Below are positions 30,224 through 37,772 of a stretch of 64,000 bases of DNA, piece by piece. Origin of the DNA: Eubacteriales bacterium (GTDB lineage: Bacteria; Bacillota; Clostridia; Oscillospirales; CAG-272); assembly GCA_045605175.1 (NCBI GenBank), contig JAZUPL010000010.1:420-64419 (forward strand). Direction: 5' to 3'. The first letter of the stretch is position 1. Every line of letters begins with the position of its first letter. Under the pieces are notes generated by a model. It was not told the origin of the DNA. It made no database searches and saw nothing but the letters and a program-made list of their open reading frames with translations. The translations under genes were made by a program, and so were the position numbers.

Positions 30224-31201
30224 ATGAGAATTGGAATATACGGATACGGCAATCTCGGTAAAGGCGTCGAGCTTGCCACAAAAGCGGGCAAGGACTGCGA
30301 ACTTGTCGGAATATTTACAAGGCGCAACCCCGACGATGTAAAGACACTCACGGGGGCGGATGTTTTTTCCTCGGACAGTCTTTTCGAGTTTAAGGATAAA
30401 ATTGACGTGCTTATTATCTGTGGTGGAAGTGCCACCGACCTGCCTAAAATGACACCTTCGCTTGCAAAGGATTTTAACGTAGTAGATAGTTTTGACACCC
30501 ATGCAAAAATCCCCGAGCATTTTACAAACGTGGATAAATCGGCTACCGAAAGCGGGCATATCGCACTTATCAGCGGAGGGTGGGACCCAGGACTGTTTTC
30601 TATTGCAAGGCTATATGCTTCGGCGGCTCTGCCTGAGGGAGAGGACTACACTTTTTGGGGCAAGGGGATTAGTCAGGGACATTCCGACGCCATAAGAAGA
30701 GTTCCTGGTGTTGTCGATGCAAGACAATATACCGTACCCGTAGAGGAGGCTCTTGAAAGAGTGCGAGGAGGCGAGTGCCCGACCTTTACTACCAGGGAAA
30801 AGCACGAGAGAATATGCTACGTAGTGGCTGAGGAGGGTGCTGACCTTGCCCGTATTGAAAACGAGATAAAGACTATGCCTAACTACTTTGCCGATTATAA
30901 CACTACGGTGCATTTCATCACCAAAGAAGAACTAATGCGTGAGCATAGCGGTATGCCACACGGTGGCTCGGTGATAAGAAACGGCGTGACAGGGCTTTCA
31001 GGCGAGAACACACACACGGTGGAGTTTAGCCTCTCGCTTGACTCAAACCCCGAGTTTACAGGAAGCGTTTTAGTTTCGTGTGCGAGGGCAATACACAGAA
31101 TGCACCAAAGAGGCGAGGTGGGTTGCAAGACTATGTTTGATATTGCCCCAAAAGACCTCTCGGTACACAGTCCTGAATATTTAAGAAAACACTTGCTCTA
31201 A
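30224..31201 (+). CDS. ddh: meso-Diaminopimelate D-dehydrogenase
   Basis: 325 aa with MRIGIYGYGNLGKGV, GGSATDLP, FDTHAKIPEHF and GWDPGLFS, typical of Ddh. Confidence 0.88.
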   Translation: MRIGIYGYGNLGKGVELATKAGKDCELVGIFTRRNPDDVKTLTGADVFSSDSLFEFKDKIDVLIICGGSATDLPKMTPSLAKDFNVVDSFDTHAKIPEHFTNVDKSATESGHIALISGGWDPGLFSIARLYASAALPEGEDYTFWGKGISQGHSDAIRRVPGVVDARQYTVPVEEALERVRGGECPTFTTREKHERICYVVAEEGADLARIENEIKTMPNYFADYNTTVHFITKEELMREHSGMPHGGSVIRNGVTGLSGENTHTVEFSLSLDSNPEFTGSVLVSCARAIHRMHQRGEVGCKTMFDIAPKDLSVHSPEYLRKHLL

Positions 31202-31211
31202 GGAGAAAACA

Positions 31212-32534
31212 ATGTTAGTAGAAAACAGGGAGTTTATTTGCTCCAATATTTCAAGAGATGATGGCGGTGAACTTCTGTTTGCAGGCAGACGAGTATCCGA
31301 GCTTGCAGAAAAGTATTTTACCCCTCTCTACCTCTATGACGAGGAGCGCATCAGAGAAAGGTGCAGAACCTACAAGAGCGCTATGCAAAACAACTTTGGC
31401 GAGGGTGTAAAGGTGCTTTACGCATCCAAGGCCGCTTCCTTTATGAGAATGTATAAGATAATGGAAGAGGAAGGAATGGGCTTGGACGTTGTTTCCGCCG
31501 GCGAAATCCAGACAGCGCTTGTCGCAGGCTATCCTGTACAACAGATGTACTTCCACTCTAACAGCAAGACCGAGAGCGATATCGAGTTTGCTATTGCTTA
31601 TGACGTTGGATATATCGTCGTAGATAGCGAGGATGAACTTGCCATTATTGACAGATTTTCAAGATGCAGGGGCTGGAAACAAAAGGTGCTTTTGCGCATT
31701 ACTCCCGGTATTGACCCCCATACTTACGAGGAGGTTGCCACGGGAAAGGTGGACTCCAAGTTTGGCTCTGCTATTGAAACAGGACAGGCAAAGGCTATCA
31801 CCGAATTGGCTCTCAAATTCCCCTATGTTGACCTTCGTGGCTTCCATTGTCACGTAGGCTCGCAGGTGTTTGACTCCTCGGTTTATCTTAGCACGGCAAG
31901 GGTTATGCTCGACTTTGTAAAGGATATACATGACGAGCTTGGCTATATGGCAGAAGAACTTGATATCGGTGGCGGTTACGGCGTAAGATACACCGCCGAG
32001 CAACCCGAGATAGACATTTCAAAAAATATCGAAGAAGTGGCAGATTTTATGAAGGGGTATGCAAGCGAGATTGGTATTCCCCTCCCCACCGTTATTCTTG
32101 AACCCGGCAGAAGTATTGTTGCCGATGCTGGAATGACCGTCTATTCAGTGGGTACTGTTAAGAAAATCCCCGGATACAAGAACTATGTTTCGGTGGACGG
32201 CGGTATGACCGATAACCCCCGATATGCTCTTTACAAGGCGCCTTATACCGTCTTGCCTGTGTCGGGCCCTGTGGGTGAGGACGCTATGACCGTGTCGGTG
32301 GTTGGCAGATGCTGTGAAAGTGGGGACATTATACAGGAGAATGTATCTATGCCCGAAAGCATCGCAAGGGGCGACCTTGTTGCTGTACTCACAACAGGTG
32401 CATATAACTACTCTATGGCATCGAATTACAACCGTATTCCAAGGCCACCTGTGGTTATGATCTCGAAGGACGGCGACTATCTGGCCGTAAAAAGAGAAAC
32501 CTTCGCCGACCTTTTGGCATTTGATGTTCTTTAA
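31212..32534 (+). CDS. lysA: Diaminopimelate decarboxylase
   Basis: 440 aa, fold-type III PLP decarboxylase. YASKA (PLP Lys), HCHVGSQ, GGGYGV, EPGRSIV and CESGD. Confidence 0.95.
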   Translation: MLVENREFICSNISRDDGGELLFAGRRVSELAEKYFTPLYLYDEERIRERCRTYKSAMQNNFGEGVKVLYASKAASFMRMYKIMEEEGMGLDVVSAGEIQTALVAGYPVQQMYFHSNSKTESDIEFAIAYDVGYIVVDSEDELAIIDRFSRCRGWKQKVLLRITPGIDPHTYEEVATGKVDSKFGSAIETGQAKAITELALKFPYVDLRGFHCHVGSQVFDSSVYLSTARVMLDFVKDIHDELGYMAEELDIGGGYGVRYTAEQPEIDISKNIEEVADFMKGYASEIGIPLPTVILEPGRSIVADAGMTVYSVGTVKKIPGYKNYVSVDGGMTDNPRYALYKAPYTVLPVSGPVGEDAMTVSVVGRCCESGDIIQENVSMPESIARGDLVAVLTTGAYNYSMASNYNRIPRPPVVMISKDGDYLAVKRETFADLLAFDVL

Positions 32535-32577
32535 TTTACATATCAAAAATCCCCCGTGGAAAAATTTCCGAGGGGAA

Positions 32578-32606
32578 CAAAAAAAGAGCCTTACGGCTCT
32601 TTTTTG
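32578..32606. terminator. Bidirectional intrinsic terminator (lysA / lipoprotein gene)
   Basis: AAAAAAGAGCC-TTAC-GGCTCTTTTTT, a perfect hairpin with A- and T-runs. Confidence 0.8.
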
Positions 32607-32624
32607 TTTTGGTTATTCGGTTAA

Positions 32625-32990
32625 TTAGTCAACCTTGTTGTACTGAACGCCACCAATTTTGATATACTTGGTATCGCCCTCTGTACCCTCTGCAAAAGCA
32701 AACTCACCTGCGTAGTCATCTGCGTCCTCTTCTTCAGCATCGAAGGTGAAGATGATAACGTCTTTTTCCTCATCGTTCTTGGTAATCTCGTAAGTACCCT
32801 CGATAGAGTTTTCTGTTCCAAGAACAAAGTAAGTAATTGTAACCTTGTTACCGTTAAATTCATAGGTTTTGCCCAAAACACCGCTACCTGTCTTGTACTT
32901 ACCGGAAAGGGTCTTGCCACAAGAAGCAAGTGCGAATACGCAACCTACAAGGAGTACGCATACAAGAAGTGCCGAAATAATCTTTTTCAT
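32625..32990 (-). CDS. Small lipoprotein of unknown function
   Basis: 121 aa. Signal peptide plus lipobox MKKIISALLVCVLLVGCVFALASCG, with an acidic C-terminal half. Confidence 0.7.
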   Translation of the reverse strand: MKKIISALLVCVLLVGCVFALASCGKTLSGKYKTGSGVLGKTYEFNGNKVTITYFVLGTENSIEGTYEITKNDEEKDVIIFTFDAEEEDADDYAGEFAFAEGTEGDTKYIKIGGVQYNKVD

Positions 32991-33146
32991 AGTAATAACA
33001 CCTTTCTATTTTTTAATGTCTATTGTTATTATAGCATAAGATTTTTTGATTGTCGATACTTTTTATAAATTTTGTCTATTATTTAATAATATTTAATGAA
33101 GATTATTCTTTCATAAGAGTTTAGTTTCTTCTTTCCTTAATTTTAC

Positions 33147-33175
33147 TTGACAAACAATAGAAATAATGATAAAAT
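33147..33175 (+). promoter_or_regulatory. Consensus sigma-A promoter of tRNA-Arg
   Basis: TTGACA-17 nt-TAAAAT, ending about 10 nt before the tRNA 5' end. Confidence 0.65.
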
Positions 33176-33185
33176 GAACAGGTAT

Positions 33186-33259
33186 CTACCCATGGCACAG
33201 CTGGATAGCGCGTCAGACTCCGACTCTGAAGGTCGTAGGTTCGAATCCTATTGGGTAGG
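33186..33259 (+). tRNA. tRNA-Arg (anticodon CCG)
   Basis: Cloverleaf built by hand. Acceptor CTACCCA/TGGGTAG, D-arm with AGCTGGATAG, anticodon stem TCAGA/TCTGA with loop CT-CCG-AC, 5-nt variable loop, T-arm GTAGG-TTCGAAT-CCTAT, discriminator G. No encoded CCA. The sequence was verified against an overlapping ORF-track translation. Confidence 0.85.
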
Positions 33260-33261
33260 CA

Positions 33262-33300
33262 AAAAATCGACAAGTTTCGTCAGAAGCTTGTCGATTTTTA
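33262..33300. terminator. Intrinsic terminator after tRNA-Arg
   Basis: AAAATCGACAAG-loop-CTTGTCGATTTT, a 12-bp perfect stem with flanking A/T runs. Confidence 0.75.
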
Positions 33301-33303
33301 CTT

Positions 33304-33338
33304 CTTCACTCTTAACTCTTCACTTTTCACTCTTCTCT
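33304..33338 (+). repeat. Five tandem heptamers (CTTCACT-like)
   Basis: CTTCACT CTTAACT CTTCACT TTTCACT CTTCTCT. Two inverted copies (AGTGAAT AGTGAAA) lie at 33370-33383. Confidence 0.7.
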
Positions 33339-33492
33339 TACGAAACTTGTCGATTAGGTAATAGGTAAAAGTGAATAGTGAAAAGGTTCTGATGTAGTTT
33401 TTCTCCCAATGGTCGAAAAAGTATTTATTTTATGTGTGGGTTCAAATCCATCGGTTAAAAAGGTAAAATATCTTTTTCGTCGCTCCTTCACA

Positions 33493-33526
33493 AAAAAGTC
33501 GTATCTTTTGATACGACTTTTTTTAT
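33493..33526. terminator. Bidirectional intrinsic terminator inside the long intergenic region
   Basis: AAAAAAGTCGTATC-TTTTG-ATACGACTTTTTTT. Confidence 0.65.
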
Positions 33527-33750
33527 CCATTGCGAAAGCAATGGCATATAATCAGACCTTTGGTCTGTATATCATCCTCTTTTTACGAGTATATCTCGCA
33601 AAAAGCTAGTATCTCATCAGCCACAGGCTGTATCCTCTTTTGCAATGATGATATACCGCATCAAGATGCGGATGATATTCAAGGCTGTGCCTTGGTGATA
33701 TGCAAGGCTAACGCCTTGATTATATACACGCCTAAGGCGTGATTTCACCC
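33527..33750. repeat. Array of short perfect hairpins separated by a conserved GATGATATNC-type spacer (candidate structured RNA / 3' UTR element)
   Basis: Four regular 23-24-nt units at 33647-33740: GATGATATAC+CGCATCaaGATGCG; GATGATATTC+AAGGCtgtGCCTT; GGTGATATGC+AAGGCtaacGCCTT; GATTATATAC+ACGCCtaaGGCGT. More degenerate units lie upstream (CCATTGCgaaaGCAATGG, CATATAATC+AGACCtttGGTCT, CAGCCacaGGCTG). The sequence was verified against ORF-track translations. Confidence 0.6.
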
Positions 33751-35289
33751 TATCTTCTCAAAATAAGGCAGGTCGGCGAGGGTGACCTTTACCGTTACGG
33801 TCTTGCCACCTATGTATTCCTTACCGTCAAAGCCAAGCCAACGTCCCTCGGGGAGAGGTATTTCTCTCTCGGTCTGCCCTTTGACGATAATGGGAGCAAC
33901 GAGGATATTCTCGCCGAGCATAAAGCTGTCGTGTACTCTCTCGTATCCACAGTGAGGATAGTTATACTCAAGGCTTCTTAAAATCGGCTCTCCGTTTTCG
34001 TGGGCGTCCTTTACAAGGGCGAGAATCTTATCCGAGAAGGAATTATGCATATCGTGCGCCCCGCGGACAAGGTCGAGGTGCGTCCTGTCAAGTGCTTCCC
34101 AGGGTGCCCAAGAGAACTGCATCATCGGGAAAAGCGCGGAGCACTGTGCCATTCTGACAAAGAGTTCCTGGTCTATCGGAATATTATCCTCTCTGTACGT
34201 CCATTCGCCGCCGCCAACCATATCGGGGCAGATGAAGGGGTGACCTATAAGTCCCTGTGCTATTGCGTTGGGAATAAGTGTGGAAAGGCCGTCACCGTCC
34301 CACTTGTGTCCCCTGTCACGGATACGCTGAATACTTCTTATGCCGCCGCCCTTAAAGGTGTCCTTGTATTCGTGGAATTTGTAGCGAGTTCCAAAGGCAT
34401 TCCAAGCGATATTTCGCTCCGCCGCAGTATATTTGTCATCGGTTTCGCCATTTATTGGGGCGGTTGCCGCATAATCCTCAAGCGCTCCACCATCAAACTT
34501 AAATCCGTCTATACCGATGTCATTAACAAGTGCCTGAAGCTGCGACTCCATATAATTCCAGTCGCACTCCTTGGTAAAATCGAGGATCGCACTGTATCCG
34601 TTCCACCAAGGAATTATTGCTATCTTGCCCTCCTTGGTACGCAGGAAAAGTTCCTCGTCCTTTGGCCCTGAGAACTCGGTGTGCTTGACAAACATAACCC
34701 CGTCAGGTCTGACGTAAGGAACAACCCAGAGCATTACCTTAAAGCCCATTTTGTGTAGTTCGTCAACCATTCCCTTGGGATCAGGGAATTTAATGAGGTC
34801 AAATGACCAGTCGCCATATGCCTTTGCCCAGCCCTCGTCTATCATAAGGATACCGGGCTTAAATCCGTTTTCCACTATTCCTCTGGCGTATTTCATAACC
34901 CCTTCCTGACTCTGGAAGTAGGTCAACTGCATCCAAGTGTTGTACTGGGGGACGCGGAAAAATTCACGTTCAAGGCTCTCGCCCTTTGGAGGGAAATGCG
35001 CCGCCATAGCACCGAGATATGCCTCCCTTAAATTAGTGCCGAACTGCTCAACGAGGACGTCCTCGCCCTCAATTATAAACTCCCCGTCCTTAATTTTACA
35101 GGAGAATGCCTTTTCCGACCAGATGCATCTACCCATATTAGACAGATACATAGGCATAGTCTGGTTAGAGGCATAGACACGGAAATCTCGCCTTAATTCG
35201 GTTTCTTTGGTGTAGGGGGCAACAGTACCGTCGTTTGCAGTACCGCCCCACCAGCATTCGCCATCGAGCATTTTAATTATGTATTCCAT
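33745..35289 (-). CDS. Glycoside hydrolase family 31 protein
   Basis: 514 aa. GH31 catalytic region GILMIDEGW...YGDWSFD, KVMLWVVPY, GIDGFKFDGG. AAGGAG RBS. Confidence 0.8.
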   Translation of the reverse strand: MEYIIKMLDGECWWGGTANDGTVAPYTKETELRRDFRVYASNQTMPMYLSNMGRCIWSEKAFSCKIKDGEFIIEGEDVLVEQFGTNLREAYLGAMAAHFPPKGESLEREFFRVPQYNTWMQLTYFQSQEGVMKYARGIVENGFKPGILMIDEGWAKAYGDWSFDLIKFPDPKGMVDELHKMGFKVMLWVVPYVRPDGVMFVKHTEFSGPKDEELFLRTKEGKIAIIPWWNGYSAILDFTKECDWNYMESQLQALVNDIGIDGFKFDGGALEDYAATAPINGETDDKYTAAERNIAWNAFGTRYKFHEYKDTFKGGGIRSIQRIRDRGHKWDGDGLSTLIPNAIAQGLIGHPFICPDMVGGGEWTYREDNIPIDQELFVRMAQCSALFPMMQFSWAPWEALDRTHLDLVRGAHDMHNSFSDKILALVKDAHENGEPILRSLEYNYPHCGYERVHDSFMLGENILVAPIIVKGQTEREIPLPEGRWLGFDGKEYIGGKTVTVKVTLADLPYFEKIG

Positions 35290-35426
35290 TTTGCTTCTCC
35301 TTATTGACTTTTTTATAAATTTCTAGTATCATCTATATTGTAATATATAAATTTTTAGTTGTAAATGCAAAATCAGGCATATAATTTATAAAATCGGTCA
35401 CACTTTAACAAGGGGGAAATCTACTT

Positions 35427-36176
35427 ATGAACATAGAAGGCTTGATGTCGTACTATCACTATAACCATTCTGATGACTATGTTTTTCAAGGTCACACTCA
35501 CGATGAATGGGAACTTAATGTTATTCTTCGCGGCTCTATGGAGATAACCTCGGAGGGGGATATTTTCTCGCTTTCTGCAGGGAATGCTATACTTATTAAG
35601 CCAAACAAATTCCATCAGAACCGAGTCACGGGAAAGCATATGGCGGAAATGTTGGTAGCCCAGTTCAAGTCCTCTGAATGTAAAAGCGGTATTTATAAGC
35701 TCTCGCCCGATGCCGAAAGTCTTGTGGCACTTTTTATAAAAGAGAGCGAACGGGACGGAATTTTTGAAAACTCGGCAGAAAGGTTAAGTGACGACTCGAA
35801 AAAATTGCTTGAACTGTTATTATCAGAACTGAACAGGTGCGACAAATCCCCCAAGGAGCCCGACATAGCGCACGCGCAGGTTTATCACCTTGCGGTGGAT
35901 TTTATGAAGAAAAATATCAGGACAAACCTCTCTTGCGAGCAGGTTGCGCGCTCGGTTGGGGTATGCAAAACCACGCTTAAAAAGGTGTTTTTACGCTACA
36001 CGGGTATGGGGTGTATGCGATTTTTTTCCGAGATGAGGCTCCACAGGGCGAAGGCGATGCTCGGCGAGGGCGAAAGTTGTGCTGCGGTGAGCGAGGCTCT
36101 TGGTTTTTCCTCACAGGCGTATTTTTCGAAAAAATATAAGGAGTTTTTTGGCGTTTTGCCCTCAAGGAGTAGATAA
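35427..36176 (+). CDS. AraC-family transcriptional regulator (cupin + HTH)
   Basis: 249 aa with an N-terminal cupin-like sensor (HTHDEWELNVILRG). The C-terminal AraC HTH pair includes SEALGFSSQAYFSKKYKEFFGVLPS. It is divergent from the GH31 gene. Confidence 0.85.
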   Translation: MNIEGLMSYYHYNHSDDYVFQGHTHDEWELNVILRGSMEITSEGDIFSLSAGNAILIKPNKFHQNRVTGKHMAEMLVAQFKSSECKSGIYKLSPDAESLVALFIKESERDGIFENSAERLSDDSKKLLELLLSELNRCDKSPKEPDIAHAQVYHLAVDFMKKNIRTNLSCEQVARSVGVCKTTLKKVFLRYTGMGCMRFFSEMRLHRAKAMLGEGESCAAVSEALGFSSQAYFSKKYKEFFGVLPSRSR

Positions 36177-36233
36177 GTTGCTATTTTCCGAAATTAACCG
36201 TGGATATTCGTTTTTTTGCTTGAATTTTGCATC

Positions 36234-36262
36234 TTGACATTACTATTTTCTTCATATATAAT
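36234..36262 (+). promoter_or_regulatory. Consensus sigma-A promoter upstream of the MATE gene
   Basis: TTGACA-17 nt-TATAAT, leaving a leader of about 100 nt. Confidence 0.55.
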
Positions 36263-36367
36263 ATAGAAGTCGTGTTTACATAAGAATATTACACTTGGTT
36301 TTATTTTGCCGATATTTCGTCTGCTGCGGCTCGTTTTTTCGCTGAGCCTTTATTTTTGGAGAATTTT

Positions 36368-37696
36368 ATGAAGATACAGTTATCCGACCATTTTACCTAT
36401 AAGAAACTGTTCAAGTTTACTCTGCCGAGCGTGGCTATGATGCTATTTACCTCTATTTACGGTATGGTGGACGGCTTTTTCGTTTCTAATTTCGTTGGTA
36501 AAACGCCTTTTACTGCAGTTAATATAATATTCCCTTTTCTATTTATCCTCGGTGCCTTTGGTGCTATGCTTGGCACGGGAGGAAGCGCACTGATTTCCAA
36601 AACTCTGGGCGAGGGTGACAGAGAAAAGGCTAACCAACTTTTTTCGCTGTTTGTTTACCTCTCCTTTGGCGTGGGTGTTATACTTGCCATTATTGCCTCT
36701 ATATTTATCCGTCCTATTGCATCACTGCTTGGGGCTGAGGGGGAACTCTTAGAAAACTGCGTAGTTTACGGGCGAATTATTCTTGTTGCTTTACCCTCGC
36801 TGATGCTTCAGTTTGGTTTCCAAAGCTTTTTTGTCACAGCAGAAAGACCCGGACTTGGCTTTTTTGTAACCGCTCTGTCGGGTATTACTAACATTGTATT
36901 TGACGCTTTATTGGTTGCGATATTCCCTTTTGGTATTGTGGGGGCTGCAATAGCAACCGCTATGAGCCAGGTTGTGGGTGGTATCCTGCCCCTGTTTTAC
37001 TTTTTCTCGAAGAATACAAGCCTACTTAGACTCGGGGGGACAAGGTTTGACGGTGGGGCACTGATACAAGCCTGTCTAAACGGCTCGTCAGAGTTTTTGA
37101 CAAACATAGCGATGTCGGTGGTTAGTATGCTATACAATTTACAACTACTGCACTATGCGGGGAATGACGGTGTGGCGGCGTATGGCGTGCTTATGTATGT
37201 TGGATTTATATTTGTGTCTATGTTTATCGGATATTCGATAGGCACTGCCCCCATTATTGGCTACAACTACGGGGCGAAAAGACAAGACGAGTTAAAAAAT
37301 ATTTTGAGCAAGAGCTTTTGGGTTATCGGTATAACCTCGGTGGCTATGGTGATATCCTCCCTTTTGCTTGCGTACCCATTTTCCTATCTTTATGTTGGGT
37401 ATGACGAGGCACTTATGGATTTGACCTTGCGTGCTTTTGTAATATATTCATTTAGTTTTTTGTTTTCGGGAATTTCTATTTTCCTGTCCTCCTTCTTTAC
37501 TGCGCTTAACAACGGCCCCGTGTCGGCGGCGATATCCTTTATCCGTACGCTCCTATTGCAGATTGTGGCGGTGCTTGTACTACCCTTGATACTTGATATT
37601 GACGGTATTTGGCTGGCTACGGTAGTTTCTGATGGGCTAGCGGCGATTATTTCACTTTTGTTCCTTTTATTTAATAGGAAGAAATACGGGTATTAA
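36368..37696 (+). CDS. MATE-family efflux transporter
   Basis: ORF 36356..37696. ATG 36368 follows a GGAG RBS. It has 12 predicted TMs and the N-terminal pattern FKFTLPSVAMMLFTSIYGMVDGFFVSNFVG, typical of MATE/NorM-like pumps. Confidence 0.85.
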   Translation: MKIQLSDHFTYKKLFKFTLPSVAMMLFTSIYGMVDGFFVSNFVGKTPFTAVNIIFPFLFILGAFGAMLGTGGSALISKTLGEGDREKANQLFSLFVYLSFGVGVILAIIASIFIRPIASLLGAEGELLENCVVYGRIILVALPSLMLQFGFQSFFVTAERPGLGFFVTALSGITNIVFDALLVAIFPFGIVGAAIATAMSQVVGGILPLFYFFSKNTSLLRLGGTRFDGGALIQACLNGSSEFLTNIAMSVVSMLYNLQLLHYAGNDGVAAYGVLMYVGFIFVSMFIGYSIGTAPIIGYNYGAKRQDELKNILSKSFWVIGITSVAMVISSLLLAYPFSYLYVGYDEALMDLTLRAFVIYSFSFLFSGISIFLSSFFTALNNGPVSAAISFIRTLLLQIVAVLVLPLILDIDGIWLATVVSDGLAAIISLLFLLFNRKKYGY

Positions 37697-37713
37697 AACA
37701 ATATGCTAAATAA

Positions 37714-37746
37714 CAAAAAAACCGAGCAAAATGCTCGGTTTTTTGT
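37714..37746. terminator. Bidirectional intrinsic terminator (MATE gene / end of the MoxR-vWA-lipoprotein operon)
   Basis: AAAAAAACCGAGC-AAAAT-GCTCGGTTTTTTG. Confidence 0.8.
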
Positions 37747-37772
37747 TTGAGAAATCTCAAAAATAATATTGC

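Noticed and set aside
33436-33462. GTGGGTTCAAATCCATCGG, which looks like a tRNA T-arm fragment about 180 nt downstream of tRNA-Arg. It could be an att-site remnant of an integrated element.
   Set aside because: The putative T-stem (GTGGG/CCATC) does not pair and no acceptor-stem match to the tRNA-Arg 3' end exists. No integrase or direct repeat of the tRNA 3' end is present. The adjacent GH31-AraC-MATE genes show no mobile-element hallmarks.
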